The position numbers were made by a program, and so were the translations under genes. Of a stretch of DNA of 15,909 nucleotides, positions 13,930 to 15,909 are shown piece after piece. A model generated the notes under the pieces. The model did no database searches and had not been told where the DNA came from. It saw only the letters and a list, made by a program, of their open reading frames with translations. This DNA is from Archangiaceae bacterium (GTDB lineage: Bacteria; Myxococcota; Myxococcia; Myxococcales; Myxococcaceae). The first letter of the stretch is position 1. Every line of letters starts with the position of its first letter. The stretch lies in NCBI GenBank assembly GCA_043750125.1, contig JAYVCD010000237.1, positions 1 through 15,909 of the forward strand. Reading direction: 5' to 3'.

Positions 13930-15675
13930 ATGGCCCAGCAGAGCATGTACACGGAGTCGCTCCGCGCTTTCTTGAAGCCGGTGCTTCATTACCTCGATGA
14001 CGAATCGGTCACCGAGATCATGATCAACGGTCCCAACGACATCTGGATCGAACGAAAGGGCAAGGTCATCAAGTCCGACGCCTTCTTCTCGGAAGAGGGT
14101 CTGCTCGGGGCCGCGCGCAACATGGCCCAGTTCGTCGGCCGCCCGCTCACCGACGAGCGCCCCCGCCTGGACGCCCGGCTTCCCGATGGCAGCCGGATCC
14201 ACGTGGTGCTGCCGCCGATCGCGCGCAAGGGCACCACGATCGCGATTCGAAAGTTCTTCAAGGACAAGCTCACCGTCGACCGCCTGGTCTCGTTCGGCTC
14301 GATCGTCCCGGCGATGGTCCGCACCATCGAAGCGGCGGTGATCGTGAAGTTGAACATGGTCGTCTCGGGAGGCACCGGCTCGGGCAAGACCACGCTGCTC
14401 AACGTGCTGTCGAACCTGATTCCCCGGGAAGAGCGAATTCTCACCATCGAAGACTCGGCGGAATTGCAGCTGAACCAGGAACACCTGGTGCCCTTCGAAT
14501 CGCGCCCCGCCGACAAGTTCGGGAAGGGCGAGGTGAACATGGGCATGTTGCTCCAGTCGGCGCTGCGACTTCGCCCCGACCGGATCATCGTCGGAGAAGT
14601 GCGCGGCGGCGAAGCGTTCGACCTGATGCAGGCGATGAACACCGGCCACGGCGGCTCGATGGCGACGGTGCACGCCAACACCCCGACCGACACCCTGCGC
14701 CGGCTCGAGTCGCTGTGCCTGATGAGCGGGGTCGAGCTGCCGATGGTCGCCGTCCGCGCGCAGGTCGCCTCGGCGATCAACTTCGTCGTGTGCTGCGAAC
14801 GCCTGCAAGACGGGTCTCGAAAAGTGAACGCCGTTTCCGAAGTGCTGCCGCTGAACGAGAAGGGCGACTACCGCACCCAGGATCTCTTCTTGTTCGTCCC
14901 GGTGTCGAAGGACGAAGACGGCAACATTCTGGGCTACCACGCTCCCACCGGAATTCTGCCGACCTTCCTCGCGAAGGCCCGGGCGTATGGGTTTACCGAT
15001 CTCACCCCTGAATTTTTCGACCCCGCGTCCTACGGAATCCCTCCCCCGCCCCTGCTTCACGGAGTCGGTGAGTCCGTTCACATTCAGTGGGTCGACTCGC
15101 TCAAGCACCGTGAGAAGCACATTCCAGATCCAGAAGAGTTCGCCTCGAACTGGACGGCATTCGAAGAGAAGTTGAGGGACGATGCGCGGCAGCGAAAGGC
15201 GGGGAAGACGGTTCCGATTCCCGGCTTTCACAGTTTGCTCCAGCTCGCCGCGCTGCCCGCCCAGGGCCCGTCGGTGGTCTCTCGCCCGAAGACCATTCCA
15301 GGCCCCGTGCCCCAGGCCGCGGCCCTGCCCCGCCAGACCCGGGCGCCTCCGCCCCGACAGGTCCCTGCTTCGAACCACGACGACGTGACCCCGGTACCTA
15401 CCCGCAATCCGCTGAACGCCGCCCGCCGGCCGACCCTCGACAACGACGATCAGCAGAGCATTCCCACCGGGACGCGGCAGGCCCACGGGGTGGACGAGCC
15501 GAAGGTCGAGATTTCAGAATCGCTGCTGGGTGAAGAGAGCCTCCAGGAGTCCGAGTCCAACGACCGGATTACCCAGCCCCCCCGCACCGTGGCGCGGCCG
15601 CCGTCGGGGGTGCCCGGACGCCCGGTCGCGCGCCCCGGAGTGTTGCCGCCCACCCGACCTCCGGTGAAGAAGTAG
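13930..15675 (+). CDS. cpaF: CpaF/TadA-family Tad pilus secretion ATPase with long disordered C-terminal tail (581 aa)
   Basis: VTEIMING, DARLPDGSRIH, Walker A GGTGSGKTT, Asp box TIEDSAEL, Walker B LRLRPDRIIVGEVRGGEA and His box MNTGHGGSMATVHAN. Alternative start at ATG 13945. Confidence 0.93.
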   Translation: MAQQSMYTESLRAFLKPVLHYLDDESVTEIMINGPNDIWIERKGKVIKSDAFFSEEGLLGAARNMAQFVGRPLTDERPRLDARLPDGSRIHVVLPPIARKGTTIAIRKFFKDKLTVDRLVSFGSIVPAMVRTIEAAVIVKLNMVVSGGTGSGKTTLLNVLSNLIPREERILTIEDSAELQLNQEHLVPFESRPADKFGKGEVNMGMLLQSALRLRPDRIIVGEVRGGEAFDLMQAMNTGHGGSMATVHANTPTDTLRRLESLCLMSGVELPMVAVRAQVASAINFVVCCERLQDGSRKVNAVSEVLPLNEKGDYRTQDLFLFVPVSKDEDGNILGYHAPTGILPTFLAKARAYGFTDLTPEFFDPASYGIPPPPLLHGVGESVHIQWVDSLKHREKHIPDPEEFASNWTAFEEKLRDDARQRKAGKTVPIPGFHSLLQLAALPAQGPSVVSRPKTIPGPVPQAAALPRQTRAPPPRQVPASNHDDVTPVPTRNPLNAARRPTLDNDDQQSIPTGTRQAHGVDEPKVEISESLLGEESLQESESNDRITQPPRTVARPPSGVPGRPVARPGVLPPTRPPVKK

Positions 15676-15678
15676 CCG

Positions 15679-15909
15679 CTATTCGATTTTGAGACAGGCG
15701 ACGGGTCGGGTCTGAGCCGCGCGCGCTTCACTTTCGGGAATCAGCGAGACCATCTGCAGCCGCTGAATCACCTGGTCCCGCGCCTGCCGAATCAGCGTCG
15801 GGTTTTGACACGTGCGCATCTGTTCCCAATACCCATTGGGCGGAAGCGCCAGCGCGTACTCGGCGATCTCGGCGAGGTTCAGCTCGGCCAGCGGCTTCTT
15901 GAAGAGCTC
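15679..15909 (-). CDS. 3' end of a transglycosylase (GT51-like) domain protein, partial; not in the ORF track
   Basis: Hand translation from 15909: ELFKKPLAELNLAEIAEYALALPPNGYWEQMRTCQNPTLIRQARDQVIQRLQMVSLIPESEARAAQTRPVACLKIE*. It matches the GT51 C-terminal pattern F.K...L.LAE.A......P....P......R..VL.RM...I...E...A. TAG at 15681-15679. Confidence 0.65.
   Translation of the reverse strand, partial: ELFKKPLAELNLAEIAEYALALPPNGYWEQMRTCQNPTLIRQARDQVIQRLQMVSLIPESEARAAQTRPVACLKIE

Overview
High-GC bacterial DNA; the gene content suggests Myxococcota or a related delta-proteobacterial lineage (inference). Positions 1-10249 hold a tightly coupled nine-gene + strand operon of envelope proteins. It encodes a flagellar-type stator pair (MotA 1709-2419, MotB with OmpA-like domain 2423-3040), followed immediately by a 616-aa protein (3040-4890) that by manual alignment looks like a natural FliF-FliG-like rotor fusion: signal peptide, RBM3-like periplasmic domain, TM helix, then FliG middle and C-terminal domains. 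Around these are two putative outer-membrane beta-proteins, two lipoproteins, a large exported helical protein and a TonB/AgmX-C-like protein. No export, rod, hook, filament or switch genes are in the window, so this is a candidate flagellum-independent rotary envelope machine. The rest of the window holds a probably truncated Gly-rich membrane protein gene, a PaaI thioesterase that may start at ATT, a repetitive NP(I/M) peptide gene coupled to a ferritin-like diiron enzyme, a fatty-acid hydroxylase, a DUF4342-like/TPR protein divergent from a CpaF/TadA ATPase, and the 3' end of a transglycosylase-domain gene. All family assignments come from motifs recognised by eye and reference sequences recalled from memory; no searches were run.
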